Origin: Planctomycetota bacterium
Lineage (GTDB): Bacteria; Planctomycetota; UBA1135; UBA2386
Direction: 5' to 3'
Assembly (NCBI GenBank): GCA_046290465.1
Contig: JBKAGP010000001.1
Location: 2,048,001-2,112,000, forward strand
Length of the DNA stretch: 64,000 nucleotides
Made by a program: the position numbers and the translations under genes. Positions 33,410 to 42,850 of the stretch are shown here, piece after piece. The notes below the pieces were generated by a model, which made no database searches, had not been told where the DNA came from, and saw nothing but the letters and a program-made list of their open reading frames with translations. Numbering within the stretch: the first letter of the stretch is position 1; every line of letters starts with the position of its first letter.

Positions 33410-34146
33410 GACAGCACCTCCTCCGCGCGCACGGCCTCGGCCAGCACGTCGTGCAGGCCGCTCGGCACCTGCGCCGGCTCTTCCTCGCCGAGCACCTCGG
33501 CGAGCGTGCCGTGCCTGACGATGCGGCCGCGCTCGAGCACGGCGACGCGATCGGCGATGCGCGAGGCGACCTCGAGCTCGTGCGTCGCGCACAGCACTGT
33601 GCGCTCGCCGTCCTTCAGCGCCGCGAGCACGCCCTGCAGCACCTCTTCGCGCACCAGCACGTCGAGGCCGGCGAACGGCTCGTCCAGCAGCAGCAGGTCC
33701 GGCTCCGGCGCGAGCGCCGCGACCAGCATCGCCTTCATGCCCTGGCCGCGCGACATCGACTGGAAGCGCGTCTTCATCGGCACGTCGAGCTGCTCACACA
33801 GCTGCCGCACGCGCGCTTCGTTCCACGTCGCGTACTGCCGCGACAGGAACTTGTAGAGGTCCTTCGCGGTCATCCACGGATACACGTCCGGAACGTCCGG
33901 CACGTAGCCGACCCGCGACAGCACCTCCTTGTGGTGCAGGACCGGGTCCTTGCCGAACACCCGCACGCTGCCGCGCTGCGGCCGCAGCACGCCGAGCAAC
34001 AGCCGCATCCACGTGCTCTTGCCGCTGCCGTTCTGGCCGAGCAGCACGGTCACCTGCCCTTGCTGCAGCTCGAAGTCCAACCCGTCGAGCACGCGCTTCC
34101 TTCCGAAGCGCATGCCGAGCCCCTGTGCTGTCACGACGTCGTTCAT
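33406..34146 (-). CDS. ABC transporter ATP-binding protein (YtrB-like)
   Basis: Walker A GQNGSGKS, signature MSRGQ, Walker B LLLLDEPFAGLD, switch His in CATH. Confidence 0.92.
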   Translation of the reverse strand: MNDVVTAQGLGMRFGRKRVLDGLDFELQQGQVTVLLGQNGSGKSTWMRLLLGVLRPQRGSVRVFGKDPVLHHKEVLSRVGYVPDVPDVYPWMTAKDLYKFLSRQYATWNEARVRQLCEQLDVPMKTRFQSMSRGQGMKAMLVAALAPEPDLLLLDEPFAGLDVLVREEVLQGVLAALKDGERTVLCATHELEVASRIADRVAVLERGRIVRHGTLAEVLGEEEPAQVPSGLHDVLAEAVRAEEVLS

Positions 34147-34529
34147 GCCTTGCTCCTCTCCCTTCCCCAGACCTGCTCCAGTACCTCGTCGACGACTTCG
34201 CGCGCGTGGCCCGATCGCCGCACCTCTTCCGCCGCGCGCCGGAACGCGTCGAGCGTCTCGGCCAGGCGGATCCCCTTGGCGACCTTCGGCCCCGCCGCGG
34301 TGACGTAGACCCCCGAACCGTTGCGCCCCTCGGTTGCGCCGAGGTGCTCGAGGTCGCGGTAGGCCTTGGTCACCGTGTTGGGATTGACCAGCGCTTCGCC
34401 GGCCAGCCCCCGCACCGACGGCAGCTTGTCCCCCGTGCCGAGCTCGCCGCTCGCGATCGCGTCCAACACCGCCGCGACGAGCTGTTGGCTCGGTGGCACG
34501 GAGCTGTTGGGATCGACGCGGACGTTCAT
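34143..34529 (-). CDS. GntR-family transcriptional regulator, YtrA subfamily
   Basis: 128 aa; VDPNSSVPPSQQL, GDKLPSVRGLA...VNPNTVTKAYRDLE, GSGVYV; short C-terminal helices; coupled to the ABC ATPase. Confidence 0.9.
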   Translation of the reverse strand: MNVRVDPNSSVPPSQQLVAAVLDAIASGELGTGDKLPSVRGLAGEALVNPNTVTKAYRDLEHLGATEGRNGSGVYVTAAGPKVAKGIRLAETLDAFRRAAEEVRRSGHAREVVDEVLEQVWGRERSKA

Positions 34530-34531
34530 CA

Positions 34532-34555
34532 ACCGTCCTATCGGCCTCGGACGGT
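34532..34555. promoter_or_regulatory. Inverted repeat, predicted autoregulatory operator of the YtrA-like GntR
   Basis: ACCGTCC-TATCGGCCTC-GGACGGT, 2 nt upstream of the GntR ATG (34529, minus strand). Confidence 0.55.
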
Positions 34556-34662
34556 CGACACTTGAGCGGTTGCCACACAGCTGCGACATCCGCTGCCGCC
34601 GTCGGCCCCGGACCATCTGCTACCGTGCGACGTCCGCACCCCGCCACCCAGCAAGACACCGC

Positions 34663-37188
34663 ATGCTCCAGAGGTCCGCCCTCGTCTCCGCCCTCGTCCT
34701 GACCGCACCTCTGTTCGCGCAGCAGGCGCCCGACCAGGACGACACCGCGTTCACACTCGAGAACATCTTTCCGGACAAGAAGAAGCCGCTGTTCGGACCG
34801 AGCGCGTCCGGCACCGCGTTCTCGCACGACGGCAAGCACGCCGCCTACCTCTACCGCGGCTACGACGAGCGGCGCCACGGCAACGACCTGTGGCTCGTCG
34901 ACGTGCACAAGGGCAAGGCGAAGCGGCTGACCAGCGCCGTGATGATGGCCGACTTCCAGGCGTCGGCCCGCGAGGTCGTCGACGCCCGCGTCGCCGCCGG
35001 CATTGCCGCCGACAAGAAGGCCGCCGACAAGAAGAAGGCCGATGCGAAGCAGAAGGCCAAGGCCAAGAAGGACGGCGACCACAACGACGCCGACGCGCAG
35101 AAGCAGCTCGACCGCCAGAAGTACGGCAACCGCGTCGACGCCGACGACGCCAACGCCGAGAAGGCGCCGCGCTACGGCGGCGTGCGTTCGTTCGTCTGGT
35201 CGCCCAAGGGCAACGAACTGCTGTTCACGTCGGGCGGCGACGTCTACCGCTTCACGGTCGGCAAGGAGGCGCCCGAACGGCTGACCTGCACCAAGGCCAG
35301 CGAACGCGACGTGCAGTACCTGCCCGACGGCAGCGGCTACACCTACCTGCTCGACGGCGCGCTGATGAAGGTCACGTTCGGCAGCCACCTGGTCGTGCAG
35401 CTCGATCCGAAGCTGCCCAGCGGCGAGTCGATGTCCGGCTACCGCCTGAGCCCCGACGGCAAGCAGCTGGTGTTCCTGGCCAGCAAGGGCTCGTCGTGGC
35501 GCGGCGGCAACCGCAGCGTCAACATCGCGCGCTACCGCGACCGCTTCATGGAGGTGCAGAAGGTGCCGCGCACCGTCTCCGACGACGCGATCCCGGACCG
35601 CAAGACGGCGGTCTACCTGCACACGCTCGACGGCGCGATGCACGAGCGCGACAAGCCGCGCCTGATCTGGACGCACACGCACAGCGGCCCGCGCGACATC
35701 ACGCCGGTGCCCGAGTGGGCGCCCGACAGCAGCCGCGTGACGTTCGGCACCTTCGAGCAGAAGAGCTCGCACGTGCTGATCCTCGAGGCGCGGCTCGACG
35801 ACGAGGCGCCGCCGAAGCAGGCGACGGCGACGAAGGGCGCCGCGAAGACGGACCCTGCGACGAAGGCGAAGGCCGACGGCAAGCCGAAGGCCTACGTCGA
35901 CCTGCCCGCCCGCACCGTGCTGCGGTTCCTGCACGACGGCGGCCCCAACACGCCGCGCATGATGCAGCCGCAGTACTGCGCCGACAGCCGCCACATCGTC
36001 TACCTCAGTGAGCAGACCGGCTTCCGCCACGTGCACGTGCTCGACCCGCTCTACCAGAGCACGCGCCCGCTGACCAACGGCCGCTACGAGGTCTACCCGT
36101 TCGGGATCAGCGAGGACCACCGCCGCCTGCACGTCACCGCGACCAAGGAGCACCCGACGCGGCAGGACCTCTACACGCTCGACCTCGACAGCGGCAAGCT
36201 CCACCACCTCAACCGCGACGCCGGGGTCTACTCCGGCGCGGCGATCAGCAACGACGGCAAGGTCGCGCTGGCGACCTGCAGCCACTACGGCGACCCGCGC
36301 GAACTGGTGATGGTTCACAAGGGCCGCAACACCCGGCTGACCGACTCACACCCGGACCGGACCGCCAGGCTGACCGCGATCGCGCCCGAGTTCTTCAGCT
36401 ACCAGAACCGCCACGGTCACGAGATCCACGGCCACGTCTACAAGCCGAAGGGCTGGTCAAAGGACGACCAGCGGCCGCTGCTGCTCTACGTCTACGGCGG
36501 TCCGCTCGGCACCCGCAAGCAGGTCACCGACGGCAGCTTCCACAGCGCGTCGTACTTCTTCGGCCAATACATGGCGCGCGAGCACGGCTGGGTCACCTGC
36601 ACGATCGATCCGCGCGGCATGTCGGGCTACGGCGGACTGTTCGAGAAGGCCAACTTCGAGCAGGTCGGCAAGCCGCAGGTCGAGGACCTGACCGACGGCG
36701 TCAAGCACATGATCGAGCACTACGGTGTCGATCCGGACAAGGTCGCGATGCACGGCTGGAGCTTCGGCGGCTTCCAAACGCAGATGTGCATGTATACCGA
36801 GCCCGACGTGTTCCAGGTCGGCATCGCCGGCGCCGGCCCGACCGAGTGGGAGAACTACAACTCGTGGTACTCGACCGGCACGATCGGCAACAGCCGCGAA
36901 GGCAAGACCGACCTCGCCAAGTACTCGCTGCTGCCGCTCGCCAAGAACCTGAAGGGCAAGCTGCTGCTGGTGCACGGCATGGAGGACAGCAACGTGCTCT
37001 ACCAGGACACCGTGCGCGTCTACCGCGAGCTGCTGAAGGCCGACAAGGAGACCCTGGTCGAGCTGTTCCTGGACCCCACCGGCGGCCACGGACTCGGCGG
37101 CGACGTGACCACGCTGCGCCGCTACCGCAAGTACGAGGAGTTCCTGGTCCGCCACCTCGGCAGCCCGAAGAAGCAACAGACCCGGTAG
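34663..37188 (+). CDS. Secreted S9 family dipeptidyl-peptidase IV-like / prolyl oligopeptidase
   Basis: Signal peptide; beta-propeller blades (FSHDGK, WSPKGN, LSPDGK); YVYGGP, GWSFGG nucleophile, HGMEDSNV (Asp), GGHG (His). Confidence 0.9.
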   Translation: MLQRSALVSALVLTAPLFAQQAPDQDDTAFTLENIFPDKKKPLFGPSASGTAFSHDGKHAAYLYRGYDERRHGNDLWLVDVHKGKAKRLTSAVMMADFQASAREVVDARVAAGIAADKKAADKKKADAKQKAKAKKDGDHNDADAQKQLDRQKYGNRVDADDANAEKAPRYGGVRSFVWSPKGNELLFTSGGDVYRFTVGKEAPERLTCTKASERDVQYLPDGSGYTYLLDGALMKVTFGSHLVVQLDPKLPSGESMSGYRLSPDGKQLVFLASKGSSWRGGNRSVNIARYRDRFMEVQKVPRTVSDDAIPDRKTAVYLHTLDGAMHERDKPRLIWTHTHSGPRDITPVPEWAPDSSRVTFGTFEQKSSHVLILEARLDDEAPPKQATATKGAAKTDPATKAKADGKPKAYVDLPARTVLRFLHDGGPNTPRMMQPQYCADSRHIVYLSEQTGFRHVHVLDPLYQSTRPLTNGRYEVYPFGISEDHRRLHVTATKEHPTRQDLYTLDLDSGKLHHLNRDAGVYSGAAISNDGKVALATCSHYGDPRELVMVHKGRNTRLTDSHPDRTARLTAIAPEFFSYQNRHGHEIHGHVYKPKGWSKDDQRPLLLYVYGGPLGTRKQVTDGSFHSASYFFGQYMAREHGWVTCTIDPRGMSGYGGLFEKANFEQVGKPQVEDLTDGVKHMIEHYGVDPDKVAMHGWSFGGFQTQMCMYTEPDVFQVGIAGAGPTEWENYNSWYSTGTIGNSREGKTDLAKYSLLPLAKNLKGKLLLVHGMEDSNVLYQDTVRVYRELLKADKETLVELFLDPTGGHGLGGDVTTLRRYRKYEEFLVRHLGSPKKQQTR

Positions 37189-37201
37189 CCGCGCGCACCC
37201 C

Positions 37202-37678
37202 TTGCGCGGCGGGCCCGAATCGCATTCGATCCCTGCCGTGCCTGTGACCGGGAGCAAGAAGAACGGAGCCGATCCGCCGCGCGGCCTGCGTGCGGCGTGG
37301 TTCTGGCTGACCGGCTCGGCGCTCGCGATCACCGCCGGCATCAGCGCCGACGTGGCGCCGGAGTCGGCGACCTGGTTCGGCGTGCGCGGCCCGCAGTGCC
37401 CCCTGGGCAGCTGCCTGGGTCAGCTGCACTGCCCCGGCTGCGGGCTCGTGCGCAGCACCTCGTCGGCGCTGCAGGGCGACCTCGAGGCCGCGTGGCACTT
37501 CCACCCGGCCGGAATCGTCATTGCCGCGCTGTTGCCGGTGACCTTCCTGGTGCATTTCGACATACTTCGCCGCCGCCGCGAACTCCCCCTCCACCACCGC
37601 CTACGCCGCGCCGGCTACCTGTTGTTCGTAGCCTCGATCCTCACCGGCTGGGCCCTTCGCTACTTCATCCGGAGTTAG
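37202..37678 (+). CDS. DUF2752-family membrane protein (start uncertain, possibly GTG 37238)
   Basis: CPL...HCPGCGLVRS...QGDLEAAWHFHP motif flanked by TM segments. Confidence 0.75.
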   Translation: MRGGPESHSIPAVPVTGSKKNGADPPRGLRAAWFWLTGSALAITAGISADVAPESATWFGVRGPQCPLGSCLGQLHCPGCGLVRSTSSALQGDLEAAWHFHPAGIVIAALLPVTFLVHFDILRRRRELPLHHRLRRAGYLLFVASILTGWALRYFIRS

Positions 37679-37685
37679 TCCCCTC

Positions 37686-38252
37686 ATGCTCTCGATGCTT
37701 GCCGCGTCCGAAGACGCCGCGATCTTCGCCGTCCAGATCAGCAGCTGGCTGATCTTCGGCATCATCTGCGCGATCATCGCGGCCAACCGCGGACGCAGCG
37801 CCGTCGGTTGGTTCTTCATCGGCGTGTTCCTGTCGTGCATCGGCCTGATCCTGGTGCTGGCGCTGCCCGACCTGAAGAAGGAGGAGGAACGTGAGCGCCG
37901 CCAGAAGCTCGAGAACCGCCGCCTGCGCGAACAGCTCGCCAAGGAGCGCCAGGTCTCCGACTCCCGCCACACCAACGTCGAGCGCCGCCTCGGCGCACAC
38001 GACGAAGCGCTCGGCCTCGACACGTCGAACCCGCCGGAGCTGCCGCACACCGCGGCGGCCGCACAGCTGACCAACGGCGACCAGTGGTTCTACGCGCGCG
38101 ACAACGAACGCCAGGGCCCGGTGTCGACCGAGACCATCCGCCACCTGCTGCAGGCCAACGCGATCGACGCCGACACGCTGATCTGGTGCGAAGGCATGAC
38201 CGACTGGACCGCGCTGCGTGACACCGACCCGTTCCGCGGAGACGTGGCGTGA
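37686..38252 (+). CDS. Membrane protein with coiled coil and C-terminal GYF_2 (DUF4339) domain
   Basis: Two TM (IAANRGRSAVGWF), charged coiled coil, WFYARDNERQGPVS...DTLIWCEGMTDW. Confidence 0.8.
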   Translation: MLSMLAASEDAAIFAVQISSWLIFGIICAIIAANRGRSAVGWFFIGVFLSCIGLILVLALPDLKKEEERERRQKLENRRLREQLAKERQVSDSRHTNVERRLGAHDEALGLDTSNPPELPHTAAAAQLTNGDQWFYARDNERQGPVSTETIRHLLQANAIDADTLIWCEGMTDWTALRDTDPFRGDVA

Positions 38253-39172
38253 GCGACGCCAACGAAGGCGCGACCCCGCCGGCCGGCGCACCGCGATCGC
38301 TGATCGTCGAGGGCATCGTCGACGGCCGCGTGCTCGACGCGCAGGCGCTGCGTGAGGCCGTCGCCCGGCTGTCCGCGTGCGGCGCCGGCGAGTTCCGCAT
38401 CGACGTCACCGGCGGCCGCTTCAACATGCTGCCGGTCGACACGCACGTGCCGCCGGAGGGCTTCGACTCGGCTGCGCAGTCGAACTTCCTCGACCGGCTG
38501 CAGGAGCTGGTCGACGCCGCCCAGCCCAACAGCATCGAGACGACCCTGCGCTGCAAGCTCGTCTACGACGACGAGGTCGCCGAGACGCTGTTCGTGGTGC
38601 AGGGCACGACCGTCGAGCCGGTCACCCGCCGCCGTCCCCGGACCGTGCAGGACGCTCCGGCGCTGCCGACGATGGAGGCCGAGGCCTCGCTGGGCATGCG
38701 CCGCAAGGAGCTGCTGTGGATCGCGCCGCTGCTGCTGGTGCTCGGCGGCGTGTTCGCGTGGCAGTCCGGCTACATCGACCGCGTGCTCGCCGTGCGCGCC
38801 GAGGAGATGAACACCGACACCGGCCCGTTCGGCGACATGGTCGCGATGAAGCTCGAGCGTTCGTGGGGCAACTACCACGTCACGCTGACGCGCGGCGCCG
38901 GCTACCCGACGACGCCCGACGCGCTCGCCGCGCGCAAGCAGTCGAGCTCGGACCTGACCGAGCAGGCCGCCTGCGCGGTCGTCGGCGAGGGCGACCAGCT
39001 GTTCGTGCAGCTGCTCGACGACCAGGGCAAGGTGCTCGAGGCCGCCCGCACCGAACTGCGCCCGCTGCTGACCGACGCCGACGGCGAGGTCCTGGTGCGC
39101 CTACCCGGCAAGATGTCGGTCAAGAGCGTGCGGCTGTCGCTCAGCGCCGGCAAGAAGCAGAAGAACAAGTAG
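38249..39172 (+). CDS. Hypothetical single-pass membrane protein
   Basis: 307-aa ORF, host-like codon usage, central TM (LLWIAPLLLVLGGVFAW), coupled to both neighbours. Confidence 0.6.
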   Translation: MSDANEGATPPAGAPRSLIVEGIVDGRVLDAQALREAVARLSACGAGEFRIDVTGGRFNMLPVDTHVPPEGFDSAAQSNFLDRLQELVDAAQPNSIETTLRCKLVYDDEVAETLFVVQGTTVEPVTRRRPRTVQDAPALPTMEAEASLGMRRKELLWIAPLLLVLGGVFAWQSGYIDRVLAVRAEEMNTDTGPFGDMVAMKLERSWGNYHVTLTRGAGYPTTPDALAARKQSSSDLTEQAACAVVGEGDQLFVQLLDDQGKVLEAARTELRPLLTDADGEVLVRLPGKMSVKSVRLSLSAGKKQKNK

Positions 39173-40299
39173 TGGACGAAGCGCCACAGGACGACAGGCC
39201 CGAGGACGACAGCCCCGAGCACGCGCGGCCGGAGCGCGACCGGCCTGCGAACGACCCTGCCGAGCGCGACGTTCCTGGGCACCCGACGCCGCTACCGGCC
39301 GCCTCCGAGCAGACGGTGCGCACCTGGCCGCAGGGCCGCTCGCTCGGCGACGACGAGTGCATCGAGCTGTCCTGCGCCAGCTGCCGCACCCACTGGCGCA
39401 TCCACGACCGCCTGCGCGGCTTCCGCCTGCGCTGCAGCTGCAACGCGTGGCTGCAGATCCCGGCACCGAGCATCGACCCGGAACGGGCGCTGCTGGCGGC
39501 CCCCCGCGAGCCGGACCTGCCGGTCGCGCTGGACTCGTCCCGCGCCGAGGTCGACGAGCGCGGCATGCTGGTGCTGCCGGGAGACGATCACGACGGCGAC
39601 GTCATCTACAGCGAGATCCCGGTCGATGCGCCGATGGCTCCGGGGTCGATGCGCCGCGCCAGCAACACCAACCAGAAGCGCTGGACCAACCGCACGCTGC
39701 TCGAGTTCACGCTGCTGATGGGCGCGCTGCTCGGCCCGCAGCTGGTCGCCTGGCTGCTGGCCCGCAACGACGAGTTCGCGCTGCTGCTGCCGTTCGCGAG
39801 CCTGGTCTCCGGCGTGCTGGTCGCGCTGGTCATCGCCTGGGCCGGCCCCTACGGCCGCGTCGGCCTGCGCCCGGCGCATCCCCGCTACTTCGCCGAAGCA
39901 ACGCTCGTCGCCGCGCTGTCGGTCGGCATCGCGATGCTCTACGTGATGGGCCTCGAGCAGCTGTTCCCCGACGCGGAGAGCGGCCTGGAGGGCATGACCT
40001 CGCGCCTCGGCCTGATGCTGTCCGTGTTCGTGATCGCGGTCACGCCAGCCGTGCTCGAGGAGATCATCTTCCGCGGCATGCTGCAGGGTCGGTTGATGGC
40101 GCTGTTCGGCCGCTTCACCGGGTTCTTCGTGACCGCCGCAGCGTTCGCGATCGTGCACGGCCAGCCGGCCGTGCTGCCGATCCACCTGGGCCTCGGCCTC
40201 TACCTCGGCTGGCTGCGCGAACGCTCCGACAGCCTGCTGCCGTGCATGCTGATGCACTTCCTCTACAACGGCACGCTGGTCTGGCTGGAGTTCCAGTAG
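39172..40299 (+). CDS. CPBP (CAAX/Abi) intramembrane glutamic/metalloprotease with N-terminal zinc ribbon
   Basis: EEIIFRG, FAIVH, HFLYN CPBP motifs; N-terminal CASC...CSC; GTG overlaps the upstream TAG. Confidence 0.85.
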   Translation: MDEAPQDDRPEDDSPEHARPERDRPANDPAERDVPGHPTPLPAASEQTVRTWPQGRSLGDDECIELSCASCRTHWRIHDRLRGFRLRCSCNAWLQIPAPSIDPERALLAAPREPDLPVALDSSRAEVDERGMLVLPGDDHDGDVIYSEIPVDAPMAPGSMRRASNTNQKRWTNRTLLEFTLLMGALLGPQLVAWLLARNDEFALLLPFASLVSGVLVALVIAWAGPYGRVGLRPAHPRYFAEATLVAALSVGIAMLYVMGLEQLFPDAESGLEGMTSRLGLMLSVFVIAVTPAVLEEIIFRGMLQGRLMALFGRFTGFFVTAAAFAIVHGQPAVLPIHLGLGLYLGWLRERSDSLLPCMLMHFLYNGTLVWLEFQ

Positions 40300-40323
40300 C
40301 GCGCGGCAGGGGCGCGAGCGCCC

Positions 40324-42822
40324 CTACTCGACCCAGTAGTTCAGCACCTGGAACTGCTGGCTGCCGGGCGCGCGGTAGACGTAGGTGAACAGGCCGAACG
40401 AGTAGCCGTTGGCCGCGAAGTTCGCCGCGTCGATCGCACCGACGACGCCGGTGTAGGTCGTCGACGTGCCGCTCTGCACCTTCCAGGTGCTGGTCGCCTC
40501 GACCCCGACGCTGACACCGCCGAGCACGGTGCCGCCGGTCGCGGTCAGCTCCTGCTCGTAGCTCAGCGACAGCGCGCCGCCGCTCGAGATCGACGAGCCG
40601 ACCTGCAGCGTCACCTCGGTCGAACCGCCGCCCTGGCCGACCGATTGCGGGCCGACCTGCAGGCCGCCGTAGAGCGAACGCAACGCGTTGCGGCGTGCGA
40701 TCCCAGGGTAGGTCGACGGATCGCCGACGACGTGCTCGAACACCGACGCGTCGACGCGCTGCGCCCCCGCCGGGATCGAACCGTTGTAGAAGGTGCGTTC
40801 GGCCTGCAGCGTGATCGGCGTGCGCGGGTAGTCCACCGTCACCTTCTCGCCGATCAGCGCCGGGTCCGGGTGCGACAGCACCGTGAACACGTAGCGGTCG
40901 ATCGGCACCGTGGTGAACACCACCAGGTCCTCCTCGGGCGCGCTGGTGAAGATGATCGTCTTCGACAGCTCGTAGGCCTGGCCGCGCGTGCGCGTCGCCG
41001 CTTCGGTCAACGTCGCCTTGAACTCGAACTCCGACTGCGTCAGCGGGCCGCCGTCGATGTTGACGCCGGCCGACACGCCGGCCGAGAACGTGACCGAACG
41101 CTCCGACTCGCTGGCCGTCGACGTCGTGTTGCCGAACGCGGTGAACGACCCGGCGACGTTCTGGCCGATGCCCTGACGCGTCGGCGGCGCCGCCAGCGCG
41201 GCGAGCACGATCGGCTCGCTGAACACCAGCTGGTACTCGGCTTCCGCGTAGCTCAGCACGGCGCTGTCCTGGTCGACGTTGACCGGCAGCAGGATCGGGA
41301 AGCGACGCTGCTGGCTGTTCTGGAACGTCACCGGCACGCTGCGCAGCTCGGTCACCGAAGCGCTGGTCGCCGGCAGGCCGTAGACGCGCACGTCGTTGAG
41401 GTCCTGACGGTGCACGGCCAGGTCCTCGCGGTCGTCACCGTTGAAGTCGCCTTTCACGAACGCCGACGTGGTGCGGTCGAAGAAGCCGTGCGCGTTCTGG
41501 TTCCAGATCGTGTCGGCCGGCAGACGCCAGTCGTTGACCTCGGTCCACGGCGACGCGTCGACGAAGTCGTCGAACACGTAGCGGTTGGCGGCGACCTCGT
41601 CGCGCCCGTCGCCGTCGAGGTCGAGCGCGTTGAGGTGGATCGTGCGCACCCGCCGGTTGGACGGCGAGTTGCAGCCCGAGTACGAGTAGGTGCCGTAGAA
41701 CGTGCCGAGCTCGACGAACTGGCCGATCGCATCGTCCAGCGCGACGAACAGCATCTTGGTCGAGTCACACTGGTCGGCGAACTCCGTCAGCCCCGCGAAC
41801 AGCACCTCGTCGAGCCCATCGCCGTCGACGTCGCCGAGCGCGATCGACGACGTCAGCGCGACGCGCAGCGTCTGGTTCTGGTCGCGCGCGGTGAACACCT
41901 CGTTGCGCAGCACGGCGAAGCCGGCCTGGGCGTCGTCGAGCACCAGTGTGCGCGCGGTGCCGGCGCCGCCGCCGCTCAGTTCCTGCACCGCCACGGCGAT
42001 CTCCGGACGGCCGTCGGTGTCGACGTTGCCGGCGCAGAGCTGCAGCCACATCGTCGCGCCGTTGACGTCCGGGGCGATGTCGATCTCGCTGCCGAGCGGC
42101 ACGAACGTCGAGCCGCTGGCCCGGAACGCGCGCACCTTGCCGCGGCCGCCCTCGGTCATGCCGAGCACCAGGTCGTCGCGGCCGTCGAGGTCGAGGTCGG
42201 CGGCGATCGCGGTGACGTTCTCGATGTTGCCGAAGGTCGCGATCTGCACGTCGGTGTCGGCAAAGCCCTGGGTCTGGTCGCCGACCCGGCGCACCCGCGT
42301 CTCGATGCCGTCCTGGTAGACCAGCACGATCTCCTCCAGGCCGTTGCCGTCACAGTCGGCGGCGACCGCGTCGCGCAACGTGCCCGGCGACTGGAAGCTG
42401 CTGCTCTGCGGCAGGAACGGCACCTGGTTCTGGTCCTGGCCGTAGATCACGTCGGCAGTCGCGTTGCCGTTGCCGTCGGTCAGCTCGAGCAGCAGCAGTG
42501 GCGAGGTCGACGCCGGCATGCCGGTCGTGCCGAGGTTGATCAGCGCCAGCTCATCGGTCCGCGACAGCACCGGGCGACGGCCGAGCGGCGTGTCGGCGTC
42601 GTCGACCTCGAGGCCGGGCGCGCTCTCACGGGGCGTGCGCTCGGTCGGCACGCCGAGCTTGTTGAGGCCGGACTCGAGGTCGTCGGTCGGCGTGACGGGA
42701 CCGCCGCCACCGCCGCCGCCGCCACCCCCGCCACAGGCGGCGACGATGGTGACGAGGCAGAGCGGCAGGAGGCGGCCGGGCGCCGGACGGCGCGGGGGAA
42801 CAGCGGAAACTGGCGAGTGCAT
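40324..42822 (-). CDS. Lipoprotein with FG-GAP/VCBS (integrin-alpha-like) repeats and a Ser/Thr-rich beta C-terminal domain
   Basis: VAA-C lipobox plus Gly11 linker; Ca-binding-type repeats DCDGNGLEE, DLDLDGRDD, NVDTDGRPE, DVDGDGLDE, DLDGDGRDE, DFNGDDRED. Confidence 0.8.
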   Translation of the reverse strand: MHSPVSAVPPRRPAPGRLLPLCLVTIVAACGGGGGGGGGGGPVTPTDDLESGLNKLGVPTERTPRESAPGLEVDDADTPLGRRPVLSRTDELALINLGTTGMPASTSPLLLLELTDGNGNATADVIYGQDQNQVPFLPQSSSFQSPGTLRDAVAADCDGNGLEEIVLVYQDGIETRVRRVGDQTQGFADTDVQIATFGNIENVTAIAADLDLDGRDDLVLGMTEGGRGKVRAFRASGSTFVPLGSEIDIAPDVNGATMWLQLCAGNVDTDGRPEIAVAVQELSGGGAGTARTLVLDDAQAGFAVLRNEVFTARDQNQTLRVALTSSIALGDVDGDGLDEVLFAGLTEFADQCDSTKMLFVALDDAIGQFVELGTFYGTYSYSGCNSPSNRRVRTIHLNALDLDGDGRDEVAANRYVFDDFVDASPWTEVNDWRLPADTIWNQNAHGFFDRTTSAFVKGDFNGDDREDLAVHRQDLNDVRVYGLPATSASVTELRSVPVTFQNSQQRRFPILLPVNVDQDSAVLSYAEAEYQLVFSEPIVLAALAAPPTRQGIGQNVAGSFTAFGNTTSTASESERSVTFSAGVSAGVNIDGGPLTQSEFEFKATLTEAATRTRGQAYELSKTIIFTSAPEEDLVVFTTVPIDRYVFTVLSHPDPALIGEKVTVDYPRTPITLQAERTFYNGSIPAGAQRVDASVFEHVVGDPSTYPGIARRNALRSLYGGLQVGPQSVGQGGGSTEVTLQVGSSISSGGALSLSYEQELTATGGTVLGGVSVGVEATSTWKVQSGTSTTYTGVVGAIDAANFAANGYSFGLFTYVYRAPGSQQFQVLNYWVE

Positions 42823-42850
42823 TCGGTTCTCTTTGCGGTTGGTTGGTGGC

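Noticed and set aside
34147..36318. 970-aa giant ABC ATPase ORF (33406-36318)
   Set aside because: The real ATPase starts at ATG 34146; the upstream part overlaps gntR and is antisense to the S9 peptidase
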